DNA of 64,000 nucleotides from Lobosporangium transversale (Eukaryota): NCBI RefSeq assembly GCF_002105155.1, contig NW_019028993.1:310001-374000 (forward strand), in the 5' to 3' direction. This document shows, piece by piece, positions 36,952 through 55,300 of the stretch. The position numbers and the translations under genes were made by a program. Position 1 is the first letter of the stretch, and each line of letters opens with the position of its first letter. The notes under the pieces were generated by a model that worked only from the letters and a program-made list of their open reading frames with translations, did not search any database and had not been told where the DNA came from.

Positions 36952-38421
36952 ATGACCGGACGACATAGTCGTATGTCCAGCGATGCGGACCGTGAACGTG
37001 ACCGCGATCGCGACCGCGATACTTCAACGGCAGCAGCAGCAACATCAACAAGCTTCATGACCCCAGCTCTTTCTCGTGCAACTCCAATTATGCCTCTAGG
37101 GATGCCCATGACTCGTGAGGCTAAAGAGTCTAGAGAACAAGCTCAGGCATGGGATGCATCTCTCAATAGGATATTCCAGGCCATGCAAGGCGAAGACACT
37201 GCGAAGTATCTGGCTTATTTCAAAGCTCGTCTCGAGATTGAAGAAGCGTACACTCGTGGTCTAGAGAAATTGATTGCAAGTGCTAAAGGTAGTTCCAGGA
37301 ACACGGGAGCCAATAATAACAACAATAATAACAATAATAACGGTAATAACACACAAGGGACAGGACAAGCAGGAGCAGGAGCAGGAGCAGGTACGGGGCA
37401 AGGAAGCAGCATCAACGGAGGTAATGGTGATCCAGATGAAATCCCAACGACATTACACATGGCTTATAATTCTCTACTGGAAACAACGCAGCAGCTGTGC
37501 AAGCGACGCCAGCCCTTTGTCAAGCTTCTCAAGAACGTTATGGGCGCACTTGCTACGTTAAAGGTAAAAAACATTAAAAAATTACCCGAGACAGAAAAAA
37601 TCTCCAGTCTCGAAATTGGATGTACCTTGTGGGATTGATAATGAACACGCTGCATGTACTTCCTTGTGAAAACACATTGACATGAAACATGTGTATATTT
37701 CTATCGTCTATTTTTTCTTTCTGTAGGAGAGCCATGAGAAACAGCGCAAAGGCCATAAGGAGGCTGCTAGACCTGTTTTCCAACTGTATGCAGAAACTAG
37801 GCTTTCTACAGTCCCAAAGGTACATATTTTATATCTCAATTCAATTAAATCTTTATGACATAAAGTGGGCGCAGGCATAAAAAAAAAAAATTGCCACCAT
37901 GAGAATACTTAAGCTCCTATTCCCACTAACTTTTTTTTTTTTTTTTTTTTTTTTTTTATTGCTTTGGTTATCTTAGCTCAAGAGAGCATATGAACAGCGA
38001 TGCAGGGATGTCGAGCAGGTTCTTGCTATGGAGGACAGTGACCATCTTCCTGTACGTGAGAGGCTCAAGAATTTGGCAAGCTCAACTGGCGCCGCAGGGC
38101 GACTTGTCAAAAGTAGGCGGGACTTGGAGGAAGCAGGTAAAATCCTATTTTTTTTTTTTTTTTTTTGTTTTGTTTTTTGCTGTGTGTATTCGCCCTTGTG
38201 GCGATGTCCATTGCTCTAATGTGTTTGACTTCTCAGTTCTTTATCGACCAAGATTGTCTGTTGGTGAAACTATTCGACTCTTTTGATCCTAAAAATATCC
38301 TGTGCGTTTGTTTTGTGTTTGCCTTAATCAACAATCAAAATAGATAATGAGTACAAGACGGCTGTGCAACAATTGGAAGCATTCCGTGTACAACGTGAAC
38401 GTTACTTTGACTCTTCATTCC

Positions 38422-38452
<31 letters not shown>

Positions 38453-39480
38453 TTGCTGCCATTTTTTCAATCTTATTTTTATTTTTTTTTTCTTTTGGCT
38501 AATCTGTCATTATGATACGTTGTGCTTTAGAGCATGCAAAATATGGTCAGAGAGCGTGGAATGAAATGTCAGGAATGTCTTAAAGCCTACGTCACTGAAG
38601 AACGCAGGTTGATGGAGGGTGCTAAAGAGGACATGAATCGATTTTCGGTGATGGTGGATTGTATCAAGCCTGCAGGAGACACAGAACAGATCAGCTTGAC
38701 CTTCACAAAGGACATCAACTCACATCCCAAACCAGTATATTATGAAAATTACTATCAAAAGGCTCCTCCAGGTAAAAAAAAAAAAAAAAAAAATACGCCC
38801 CTGTTTAATTTATTAGGATCTAAGTTTATTGCGGTATCAGTTTCCTAGTCTGAAATATCTCTTATTTTAATTTTCAGAGGGTGTTTTCGGACTCAGTCTG
38901 ACAGAGTATGTCCGGAAGTATAGACATCCAATTCCATTGGTAATTGTCAAATGCTCTGAAGCTATTGACCGTGTTGGATTACGTCGTGAAGGGATCTATC
39001 GAGTATCTGGACGACACGCGCAGATCATGAATCTCAAAAAACAGTTTGAAGCGAATGAAAACGCTGTGGATCTAACGGACGCTGTCAGTGAAGACTGTGC
39101 CTCCATTGCAGCAGTCTTGAAGATTTATCTCCGCGAATTACCCGAGCCTTTGTTCCCTTTCCCATTGAACGAACGTATTGGTTACTCAGGTACGCCTTTT
39201 TTTTTATTTTTAGTTTTATTCCTTTTTATTTTTTAATCTGTATATCATACTAAATGTATCTCTGGATTCATTAGGCATCATGGATAAAAATGCTAGACTT
39301 GGGGAGTTAAAGGGGCGGCTGAAACGGCTTCCAGATTGTAATATCGATACTCTACAGTTCTTAATTCGACATTTACGCAGGTAGGAAATCATAGCCGCTT
39401 GCAAAAACAAAATGTCATTTTCAAAACCATTATTTGCCATCCCACCATTGCTGACTATCAACTGATCTCCTACCATAATG

Positions 39481-39512
<32 letters not shown>

Positions 39513-40726
39513 GGATTTACGAACATGTGGAAGACAACAAGATGACACTTGACAACCTTTGTTTGATCTTTACGCCTGCTATTTTCCACGATTTCAACAG
39601 TGCCATGGTCCCGGGGCCTCAGGCTGCAGGAGGAATTAATCAACAACCAGGAGACTTATCGTTGACCTCTCTATCATTTGCACCGGCTACTACGGCCGGT
39701 TCACCTGGGACACAAACAGCACCATGGTCAGGATATCCATCAGATCAACAGAATCTGCAACAACAAACTCAGTCGTACCATCCACCGCCCCAATACTCTC
39801 CCCATGGCTCTTCACCTTCATCACCGAAGGCGATCTCTGACGCACCTCCAGGGTATCCGCCAGTGACAGGAACCCACAACGGCGGAACTAGTGACAACAA
39901 GAATAAGGGCTCAGCAACAGGAGGCGCGACCGCTGTGTCTCAACCACAACCATCAGCAGCTGGCACGATAACCTCACCATTATTGAGCACCGCTCAACCC
40001 GCCCAGACCACACAAATAAGTGCTGCAACCAGTAACTCTACGACGACGGCCACCACTACACCATCATTTCAGCCACCAACTAACACAGTTTCGACCGCAG
40101 CGAGCTGGAGCAATGATATGGTTCTGTCAGATTTAATTATCAACAGTGACACTATTTTTAATGTCTTGCCCAAATTACCTTCTCGTACCAACTCAGGGAT
40201 GAGCTCTCTCTCATTGGAGGATCAACAAAGACTCTCTGTAGCGACTTCAGCGAGTACCTATTCGCTTCCTCGTCCATATGACGGCTCTCGAAAGTTATCC
40301 AGCGCTAATTTGGACCGCAACACCAATCTTGCCTCCCCCACTGAAGGTGGCGGCGGTGGAGCAGGAAGACAATTGATGCCAAGATTGGATAGTCTAGCAG
40401 CAAGCACTACAACGAGCCATCCCCGCACATCACCACTGCCATCACCCAATACAATGGAACATTCATCTTACCCATACCAGCCTCCGCCTCCACCTCCTCC
40501 TCAACACCAATATCAGCAGCAACAGCAGCAATCATATCATCCCCCACCACATATGCCGCCTCAATATCATCAGAATAACGATGGATGGCAAGGGAATACT
40601 GGACGAACCAACTCCCCACCTTCACCCTCGTCATTAAAAGCAGATCAAATGGCTGCAGTAGGTCCCACACGATCAAGATCGAACCAAGATTTGCAACAAT
40701 CATCCCAACAGCAACAACAACAATAG
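36952..40726 (+). CDS. F-BAR(FCH)-RhoGAP protein (Rgd1-like), multi-exon
   Basis: YFKARLEIEEAYTRGLEKL (FCH); VFGLSL, GLRREGIYRVSG, LKIYLRELPEPLFP, NKMTLDNLCLIFTP (RhoGAP); P/Q/S-rich tail. Confidence 0.9.
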
Positions 40727-40850
40727 CTGTAGTAAGGGTTCAAATGTAGATTATTTAGATGAATGTATTGTGAACAAAAGAATAAAAAAAGACAAAGATT
40801 GTATTATTTTTTTTACGTTTTATTTTTTATTTTATTTTTTCCCCCCAGCT

Positions 40851-45578
<4,728 letters not shown>

Positions 45579-46720
45579 TAATGTAATGTTCTGAATTCAC
45601 TGAGGTGTATATGTGCAAATGTTACAGATGTTGATAATGAAAATATGGAGGTTGCATGGAATAAAAGAAAAGATAGGTCGTTTAAAAAAGATAAAAAAAA
45701 AAAAATAAAGAAAGAAAGAGGGAGAGACAGAAAGAGAAAAAAAAAAAAGAAAATTGACGTTGAGTATAGTCGATAGAATGGAAGAAAGCGATGAATGTTT
45801 TTTTTTTTTTACATGTAATTAATGAATGAATGAATGAATAAAATGGGAATAGACAAACAAACTTTAAAGCTTGTGTTGCCCAAAAAAAAAAAAAAAAAAA
45901 AAAAGCATTCCATAATTGCAGGGATATAGTGTTGTAAATGGAGGATGGAGCCCGTGATCAGCTTGCATTTAGTAAACATCAGTATTAATTCTATTCCTGC
46001 ATACGATGCTGTTTTTTTTTGGAGAGAAAGGGATTGACCTGTTCAATGACGATAAGGCAATATCAGTAAGGTTATGGCGATCCAAAGTTGAATTTTCAAC
46101 ACAGTATATAATGTATACCAGTGAAGGGTCTATACCTCGTTTAAAGAGGAAATACACCGCCATCCTGGTAATACACATTAACACATTAACAAAAGTGCGC
46201 AATGTGACATCATGCGTACCTTTTTATGCTACTCATATTTATTTTATGAAGCTCGCTTCTTTTATTATAGAGCTTCCCACATTGATGAGCCGCTGCAATA
46301 AAACTAAAAAAGGGCAGCAATGATGATAAGAGAGTAACAGTACAAAATCCGTCAAGTGCATAACTCTGGGTATTTTTTTTTTTTTTTTTTTTTTTTTTGT
46401 TTTAGCGCGAAAATGATTATCTCGTCATTATTGTATTATGCAAAGTCAACAATCATAGTCAAAGTCAAACATGACGGGTGAGTGCGTCTCCCACATATAC
46501 ATCACCATTGTGTGTACAATTTCTTGATCGGGCTAATTGCTACTTACACTATTTTTTTTATCAATGAACATAAATATATATAAAGGATGAAGATTACTAC
46601 CTATCCTCATTTTTTTCCCATCTTTGACAACCATTTTTTGTTTTCGCTTCATTATTTTCACCCCACTCTCAAACCAACTTTTATTCACACACATATCTTA
46701 ACGAAACACATCTCTCAACA

Positions 46721-48228
46721 ATGAACAAAAACCCTTCCAACAGTGTAAGGAAAAAAAAATCCTTCAGCTGATCATCCAAACTTACACTAAATTTCCGAAT
46801 CTCCGAGATTTCTCTAACATTTGGATATTTTTCAACTTTTTGATTATAGGATACAGTTCAGCGCCTCAAGGACGATCAAGGCTCTCTTCTTCCTGGATTG
46901 GCATATGTCGGTGCTGCTGCTATTGGAGGTGCTGCACTTGTCCACCGCGTTAGTAAGTATTTTATTTTATTACATTGCTTTTCACTTTATGCTACATAAA
47001 AAAAAAATAAAAAAAAGTCTTCGAATATCATCTCTTACCTCTTTTTTATTTTTGTTTCTTCTTTTTTTCGATAGAAAGTGTTCCAGTCAAGATCCTGACA
47101 CCCTTGACCTTTGCTGCACTTGGAGGATATTATTTCCTTCCTACGCATGCAAATAAAATGACCAATGCCTGGACTCCTGTGGTTCCTTCGACAGCTAAAC
47201 ATGGTGCCGATGCTGGTACTAACTCTTCTATTTCAATGACTGTCACCTCCCCACCTGTTTCTGATGCGCCCAAAAGAACACTTTTAAGCTCTGTCGAAAA
47301 GACTTCTGCTGATATTGGTGAAAAGGCTCAAGGAGCCATGCACGATCTTAAACAGAAAGGCGAATCGATGGTCGATACTGTCAAATCTGACTTCAATAAT
47401 ATCTCCCACCAAACCAAAAACACCGCCAGTCATCTTGGTAATTTGAGTCAGCATGAGAAAGAAAAGGCGTTCTTCAGAGACACCAGCGGTAACAACAACA
47501 GCAACAATGCCAGCGTCCCTGAGAAACCTTCTTCCACTCGTTGGGCTTGGTGGAGGAGCTCAGACGATCACACAAAATCCAAAAAGGAGATCGAGACCAT
47601 GGCCGACGATAATAATTCTGCAGCTGATGGGTCGCGCCCGACCGTGTCCCCCGTGACCGCCCCCAGGACGACCGTCACTGTGACGGCAACGTCGACATCG
47701 ACTGATCCCGAGTATAACAAGCCCCACAATGTTATAGTCGACAAGACTGTCGCTGCCGCTGCTGTCAAGGGCCATGATGACATTGTCAACCGCAATGCTT
47801 CATTAGGTAAGGATGCTAAAGAGACTGCTCGCAAGGTTCACCAGAACGTCGTCGATGCCTCTGTTCCTGTACACCGCCAGGGTCGCAATGAAGAGCATCC
47901 TCTCGAGCTCTCAAGACAAGCTGCTGCTAGTGATTACAGGGATGGAAAGTTCATCGTCCGTGCCCAGCCTGAGGAGAAGGATGATCAAGAGGACACTGGA
48001 AAGATTCCCGAGCGTATCGCTCGAAGGGCCAGTGGCATCAAGAAAGATATCCACCATGGCTTGCAGAACTTGGAAAAGCGTGCTCATATGATTTCTGATG
48101 GCGTTGAGCATCTCGAACATAATATCAACAAGCGTATCCAAAAGTCGCTTGAAGACGAAGCTGAGTTCTGGCACGAACAGTCCTTGAAGGAGGAAGCCAA
48201 TGCTCGTGACCGCGAGCGTGGTCTGTAA
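46721..48228 (+). CDS. Hypothetical protein: MIC26/MIC27 (ApoO)-like hydrophobic hairpin plus LEA-like hydrophilic region; 3 exons
   Basis: Spliced N-terminus MNKNPSNS|DTVQRLKDDQGSLLPGLAYVGAAAIGGAALVHRVKSVPVKILTPLTFAALGGYYFLP joins ORF 47104-48228. ApoO resemblance is from recalled motif. Confidence 0.6.
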
Positions 48229-48479
48229 ATACTATCATCCTTATCCTTTCCCTTATCCATAAGCATATTCAGTATAGGCAAACTGAAAAAATATTCACAC
48301 CCCCTCCCCCACTCTATTCCAATCCCTATCCTTCTAACCTCTGTATATAAATTTGCCATTACGCACAGAAATAAATTGTTTTGTCAAGTCTATAATATTC
48401 CTATTTTACAGTACGCACTCCATTTTTGTTTGCATATTTTTATTCATTCTTATTTTAATACAAAGCTCTTCGAATGCGC

Positions 48480-49410
48480 AGAATTGTTCACTGATCCATT
48501 CCCTTGTAGACCACTCAACGTCCCCTGTGCCTAAAGGAACAGGTTCTTCATTTAACAGCTTGAAAAAAAGCACCACGATAAGTGACATTTTTGCCTCGTT
48601 TGCACCAAATTACTTGGCGTACATATCCACAGCTTAACTTAACACTGTTAATCAGTTAACTAAACATTCCTTTGTAACAGTCAGGTAATAATGCGCGTAC
48701 CCCAACCACAGACACACTTGTTTAATATCAATCCTATGGCTTTGATGTATTTGTGTTTACATCTTCAAAATATCTAGTACATTCTCCTTCGTTTTCAGGC
48801 TGCCCGAACGTCAGCGAAGAGATAGTCGACAATGCTGACAAAAGACATGACCCTAGGAGGGCAATTTACCTTCTGTTGTTTACTTATATTAGAAAAGCAT
48901 AGGAGGCGAGAGCCATCTGTACGAATGAAGCCTGGTAGAACAAATACATGTTTATTGTATTGTTTTCAGGATTAAAAGCGTCTTGTCTAATGTTGCTTCA
49001 TGTGTTTCAACATCATCAGTACACTTTGAACTGACTGTGCAGATGCTTGTGTTGTTCCTCATTACTTCTAGTGTCAGCAACCAGATTTGTGGTTGATGAT
49101 TTAAGCGCGTTGAAAAGTCAAATATGAATGTCTTTTTACAATCAAGTGATGTGGCTCCTAGATGCCCGAATGGAGTAGGTCTGTAAAAAAGTATAAAAAA
49201 ATTCTTGCTTTCAAGGCTACATTCCCTAGGAGAGCCTAACCATTATCAGCTTCAACCTTAGTTTAAAGCGCGCCAAGTAGTAGTACGTTTTGGGACTGAG
49301 TTCTGAAGAAGCAATACATTCTGTAGGATCTCCCTACGTAGACTACACGGCAAAACGCGTATCGAGGATATTGGCAGCGCTGTTTCACAACTTGCGACGA
49401 CTTGATCCTG
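48480..49410 (-). pseudogene. Heavily decayed Fanzor/TnpB-like nuclease remnant (through RuvC-I)
   Basis: Across frameshifts: NIRQDAFNPE / FVLPGFIRTDGSRL / PPRVMSFVSIVDYLFADVRAA / LKTKENV / KYIKAIG-IDIKQV / VVGVRALLPD / FFQAVK. This is the motif order I recall for Mortierella Fanzor-like proteins (GSIRTDG..PPRITS..IKILGIDLGQ..VVGASALLP..FFNLAVK). Confidence 0.55.
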
Positions 49411-49562
49411 GGGGGGAGGATTTAATTTACGCGGCTGCGACGCGCCGTGTTCAGTACAAGTCACAAACTCAAAAAGACGGAGAAATGAAATGACTTCATT
49501 ACATTACATGCAACCTTTCCATTTTTTTTTTTTTTCTTTTTTCTTTTTTCTTCATTCAGACA

Positions 49563-51612
49563 ATGGCAGAGAAGAAACAAGTACACCTCGACGTTGAAGA
49601 GCAAAATAGGCTTTTCCAAGAGGCAAAAAGCAATTCACACGCTGATCAGCATGAAGATTCAGGCGACGAAAGTGCGAACGAAAATGGAGCAGTGCACCGT
49701 GGTATTCCTGGCGGAGAAGAGCCTCAAACGCCCGATGGAGGTAAGGAGTTTTATACCGTTCAACCATTCATAACATTCTTGATGCTAAAGCGCGTTTTTT
49801 AGTCTGTATCGATAAAGAAATAGAATAAAAAAGTAGAAAATAAAGACTGATTGGTTATCCCTTCTCCATCGTTAGATTTCTTATCAGATTTCCCGGACGA
49901 TACTGAGGTTCGTTGGAGAATTGTCAATAGAATAAAAAAAAAAAAAGGATACATTGGAAACAAAGGATTTAAAAGCTTTTAGGATTTTATTTTCTCATAG
50001 ATTATTAATCATACTTGCTCACCATTATTGTACAACGTTTCTTCCACAAACTAAAGGAACTAGAGTTAACGCATCTTAGGATCGATGATGTCCCATCTTT
50101 ACATCTTGAACGTTTCAAGAACCTTCAGGTATTTTGCATAATGTGTACTTTTTTTATTTTTTTTTTATTTTTATTTTTTTTCCTCCGCCTGTTGTACATG
50201 TGATTATTAGCTCCCTGGCTATGGTTTTGCTTTACTCATAACTATATTTGCTAATATATTGCTCAATAGAGACTTTCATTCAGACAGAACTTGATCCCCA
50301 AGATTAAAGGCTTCGAAACGCTCACATCACTCCAAGAATTGGATCTATATGATAACCGCTTCAGTAAAATCGAAGGACTCGAAAATTTGACAGAGTTGAC
50401 GTAAGAAGTAGTTCTTGAAAACAAAAGGACATGTATATTTCGGTAGAATGATATTAACGTTTTATATATATACGTATATAAAATTTTAACTGTTGTTAGA
50501 TCCTTGGACTTGAGTTTCAACGGTATCCGGCATATTAACAATGTCGATCATCTAGTCAAACTCACGGACTTGTATTTCGTCAGCAACAAAATTACTGTCA
50601 TTGAGAACTTGAGTACATTGGTGAACATCACGAACCTTGAGCTAGGTTCCAACCGCATCAGAGTAAAGCGTGTTCTTGAAGCTTGTGTTCTTTTTTTTTT
50701 TTTTTTTTTTTTTGCTTATATATATCAAGAAGAGATAATTAATTTTACTGTCGAATGGATATATATTTTCCCTTTCTTAGAAAATCGAGAACCTTGACAG
50801 TCTGGTGAATTTGGAGCAGCTGTGGCTCGGAAAAAATAAAATTACCAAACTACAGGTAACTTTTTTTTTTTTTTTTTTTTTTTTCAATATTAGTCCGTTG
50901 GAGATTGGAATTAGCTCGATTGGAGGATGCAGGAAAATTTACATTTAGACATTCCTATTTATTAAATATTATATGTATATAATAATTGTAGAATCTATCA
51001 AACCTCAAGAAACTCAAGATCCTCAGCATTCAATCAAACAGATTAACCGCAATTGAAGGACTCGAAGAACTGGAGAATCTTGAGGAAATCTATCTAAGCC
51101 ATAATGGCATATCGAAGATTGAAGGGTTCGAAAAAAATGTAAGAAAGACTGATTTGAGGTTTTGCTTATCACTTTATAACAAAAAAAGCTTGGTAATTAC
51201 TAACTGCTATCTGTCATCTGAGTACTCTAGACCAAATTGACCACGATTGACATCAGCAACAATAGAGTCTCGAAGCTTGAAAACCTTGGCCATTTGAAAG
51301 AGTTGCAAGAATTCTGGGTAAAAAAAAAAAAAAAAGACTTTATCTTTTTTTTTTTTGTGTACATTTGACGTTCTCTGATATTCTAACGATGATCCAATGT
51401 ATAATATGGCTTTATAAAACTAGGCGAGCAATAATCTTCTCGATTCCTTTGAGGACTTTGAGTCAGAATTGAAGGACAATTGTCCTAAGCTCGAGACTGT
51501 GTACGCAGAAGGAAACCCTCTTCAAACCAACAACTACACAACATATCGACTCAAGATGAAGATCATGTTGCCTCAGCTTAAGCAGATCGATGCCCAGTAT
51601 GTCCGACCATAA
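49563..51612 (+). CDS. SDS22: Protein phosphatase 1 regulatory subunit Sds22 (LRR), multi-exon
   Basis: LQELDLYDNRF, LDLSFNGIRHI, LELGSNRIR, LWLGKNKITKL, LSIQSNRLT, IYLSHNGI, LETVYAEGNPLQ and LPQLKQIDA. Confidence 0.93.
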
Positions 51613-52353
51613 AGTCTTCTGATAATCAATGAATAAAAAAACAAATATAAAAAAGACCTTCAGTGCATTGGTTGCATATGGCTAATTGAGACAAATGTTG
51701 GCTGTGTTGTCTGGAATTAAAAAAAAATGGATTTTGGTGCAAGACATGGCATGATATTGATATGCAATCATGCTTGGCACTTGATACTCTTGGCGGGATC
51801 AGGATTTAAGGTTTGCTCAAATGTTTTTAATCATGTTGGCAATGTCCTGACATTGTGCCAGACTAAAATAGCCCAAGTGGGGCTGCAGCAAACGCACGTG
51901 GACACGTAAAAAAAAGCAACCTCCTCTTTCTCCGTGCATTTTATCACAGAAGTAGAACAAGTAAGAGGAATGGGTGGGGCAACATGTTTTATATAAATTA
52001 ATTAGAATGCAATGTCAGAAGAAGAGAACCCTGTTCTTTCCATCTTCTCATTGTTTTTCTTTTTTAACCTCTTTTGATTGTTCATCAGACTTCCCCCTTT
52101 TTTTCTTCTTTTTCTTCTTCACTTCCTCCTCGCCACTATAAACTTCGCCCTTTAGTTTCTTCGCTGGTACTACAGTACTACACAAACATTACTTTTTCTT
52201 TTTTCTTTTCTTTTCTTTTTCGACATTCATTCCATTGGTCCTCAACCATTTTACAGGCGCTGAGGAAAAATATATATATATAAAAGATCCTGCTCAGCGA
52301 ACAACTTTTAGGCGCAGCAAGCTACCAAGTAAACTATTAAATATTATCAGCAA

Positions 52354-55300
52354 ATGAGTGCCGGCAACAGATTCATGAGACCACTTACAAGTGGCTCTGC
52401 CTTCCTGCAATTTGCAGCCGCAGCACTACGACAGGTAAAAAAAAAAAAAAAAAGAAAGAAAGAAAGAAAGTGTTTTGGTTCATGATATCTTTTAAAGAGG
52501 TGGCAGTTTCCTTTTTATACGTATATCAAAAGAGGTCTGTTATCAGTTAATGTTTTAATCTTTTTTTTTATTTTTTATTTTCAAATTAACTGTGTAAGCA
52601 AATTTATGTTTACAATCTTCCACATGCATATTTGGGGGCAATTGTGGAGAGAGAGATTTGACCGGTGAGTCCCAGGGGATGACCGTGGAAGAAGGGATGA
52701 AGTAGAGAGAGAGGCTGTGTCTTAAAAAATCTATTGGAACAGACAATGACAAACTGGACAAGAGAAGGAAACAAAGAAGGAAGTGTGACCCTGACAACAA
52801 AGTCATGAGAGGCAGAAAAAATAGTGAAGGCACAACAAAATATGCAACTCTGTCATGAACAAGATTATTGTCGTGTCAACACACAAAAAAAAAAAAATTA
52901 CATTGATCACTGGCAAAGATCGACAGTGCCTGTGTCGGTCTTTTAGTAATGCAACTTTTAATTTTTTTAAAAAAAAAAGAAAAAGAATGCGTCACTGTTC
53001 ACGAGGATAAACGAGATGGCAGGTATATCCTGACTTGTACATTTTTTTTTAATGCTCTATCAATTCTATCAATTAGGAAAACATGGCTGACTCTCAACAG
53101 AGGTCCGAATTGAGTTCCGAAGAGGAAGATGACATGGTCCACGTGAATAAGAGTGGTATGTTGATTTACGCTGAGGAGGACCTAAAAAAAAAAAAAAAAA
53201 AAAAATCAGTCGTGATTTCAGTGTTTCGCGCTGATACAGATGATTGACTCTTTTCTTTTTCTTTTTAATCGAATAGGCAATGATCTCCATAAAATAAAGC
53301 ATCGACATGGATCTGTCCATGACCTAGGCATTCATTCAGATGGCGAAGAAGAAGGCTTCAGTGACGAAGAAGGTCGTTATTTCCAAATGAACAAACAGCA
53401 TAAAGACATTCTTCATCCAGAGACGCAGCGATCATCAAGCGATGGCGATGATACTATGAAAATTATTAACGCCGCTTCATTTGGCGCCTCCCGCGATAAG
53501 ATAACGATGGTAGAAAAGTTATTGGTGGCATTTGGATTGCCAGAAACAGAACAAGTTATTGGAGGTAGAGAATATTCTGAACCTAGACGACTGTTTAGTG
53601 TTGATGGGTTTTTACCTAATTTACCGACTCCATTATCTTTTTCTAATATGATTATTCTTAAAAGAATACCCGTGCTATTTGGCGCGTTCATTACTTCTTC
53701 CTGGTCATTTATATTTGACGACGGAGCACATCTTATTCTATGCCAACCTACCCGACAGTCAGGTAAACTGCATATTTGAGTTGCACAGCCTGGACTAATA
53801 TTGCCTTGTTTTCACGTTAATTTATTAACTCCTGCTTATTTGCTTCGCCCTCTTGCCTGCTGATATGTAGGATGCCACACAAAAGGAAGGGTTTTTCTCC
53901 AAAAAGTCTAGGACCACTATGCAATTTACTCGTCATTGGTTCGTCCTCAAAAACGATGTCTTGAGCTACTACGCCAATCAATCCGATGTATATTTCCCAC
54001 TCAATACGATCGATCTTAAGCATGCCCTTCATGCAGAGTCTTCACCCAACAACGACTTGACTTTCCATATCTTTACAGAGAATCGCAAGCACACTTTTAA
54101 AACGGATTCTGGGCTTTCGAGGCAAGATTGGGTTAAAGCTATTCAAAAATCTATCCTTCATGCCACAATGGAGGGAAACAAAGTCAAGGTACCGTATGCC
54201 GGCACCAGTTTCCTACAAAAGCAATTGGTTGCTCTCTCTGTTTACTGTTTACTAATACCTGCAGTCTCCACTTCCTTTCACATTTGTGATTTAGATTTCA
54301 ATCCCATTGAGCATTGTCTTGGGAGTGGAAATGAATAATATGAATTTTGCAGAGGCGATTCAAGTCAGAGTACTAGAAAACGAAGAATCCCTTGCTATTG
54401 AAGAGGTATATCGGTCGTGGATATGTGCAGTGACTTTGATCTGGCGAAATATGAAGTAACCATGGTTATGCTAATGATTATTACCACTTGGCTCTCACTA
54501 GTACCACTTCGCCTATTTTGATGACGCGGTGATGGCATTGGAGACAATGAAAGCACAGCATGAGAAATGCCAGCGATCAAAGACATATGGTAGCGCCAAA
54601 GACAATAAAATTTACGACAGCACCTCACCCACCATTGGCGCAACAAAGAGGTTCGCCCAGACTGCTTCCACCTCGTCGCAACAATCTTCGCTTTTTCAAG
54701 GGCGCCGTATCTCGCGCAACTTCTTATATCCTCCCAACAATAAATCGAGATCCAGAAGCAATAGCCCCAGCAGATCTCAACCTTCATCTGACACAGAGGA
54801 AAACGAAAAGGAAAAGTCGCGGCTCGCATTTCCTTTCTCTCTTCGAGGAACAACTAACTGGCTTACAGATCACAAATCTGGCACAGATGTCTCTGAAGAG
54901 AACATGATCTTGAACGATGAGGAGAAGGAAGCCTTCAGACGTGAATTTTCGCTACCGGACTCTGAAGAATTGAACACAATCGTTTCGGGCTATCTGTTAC
55001 GTAGCATGCTTGTGTATGGACGAATTTATGTCTCTGAAAACTATGTATGTTTCAAGTCAAAGTTTAACGTGCCTACGAAAACGATCCTTATTATGCCGTT
55101 GGCTGATGCGAGAGAAGTGGACAAGCAAAAGGGAACCCAGTTATTTTTTCATGGATTGGCAATCCTTACCAAAACGGACGCGGAAATCTTTTTAGAATTC
55201 AAAACGCCCGAGACTCGCGACAAGATCCTGAACGCTATTCAGCAAGAAATCTCTCCAGCTGCTCAGGAACGTCGTATGAAGCAGAGAGCACGTGCAATCG

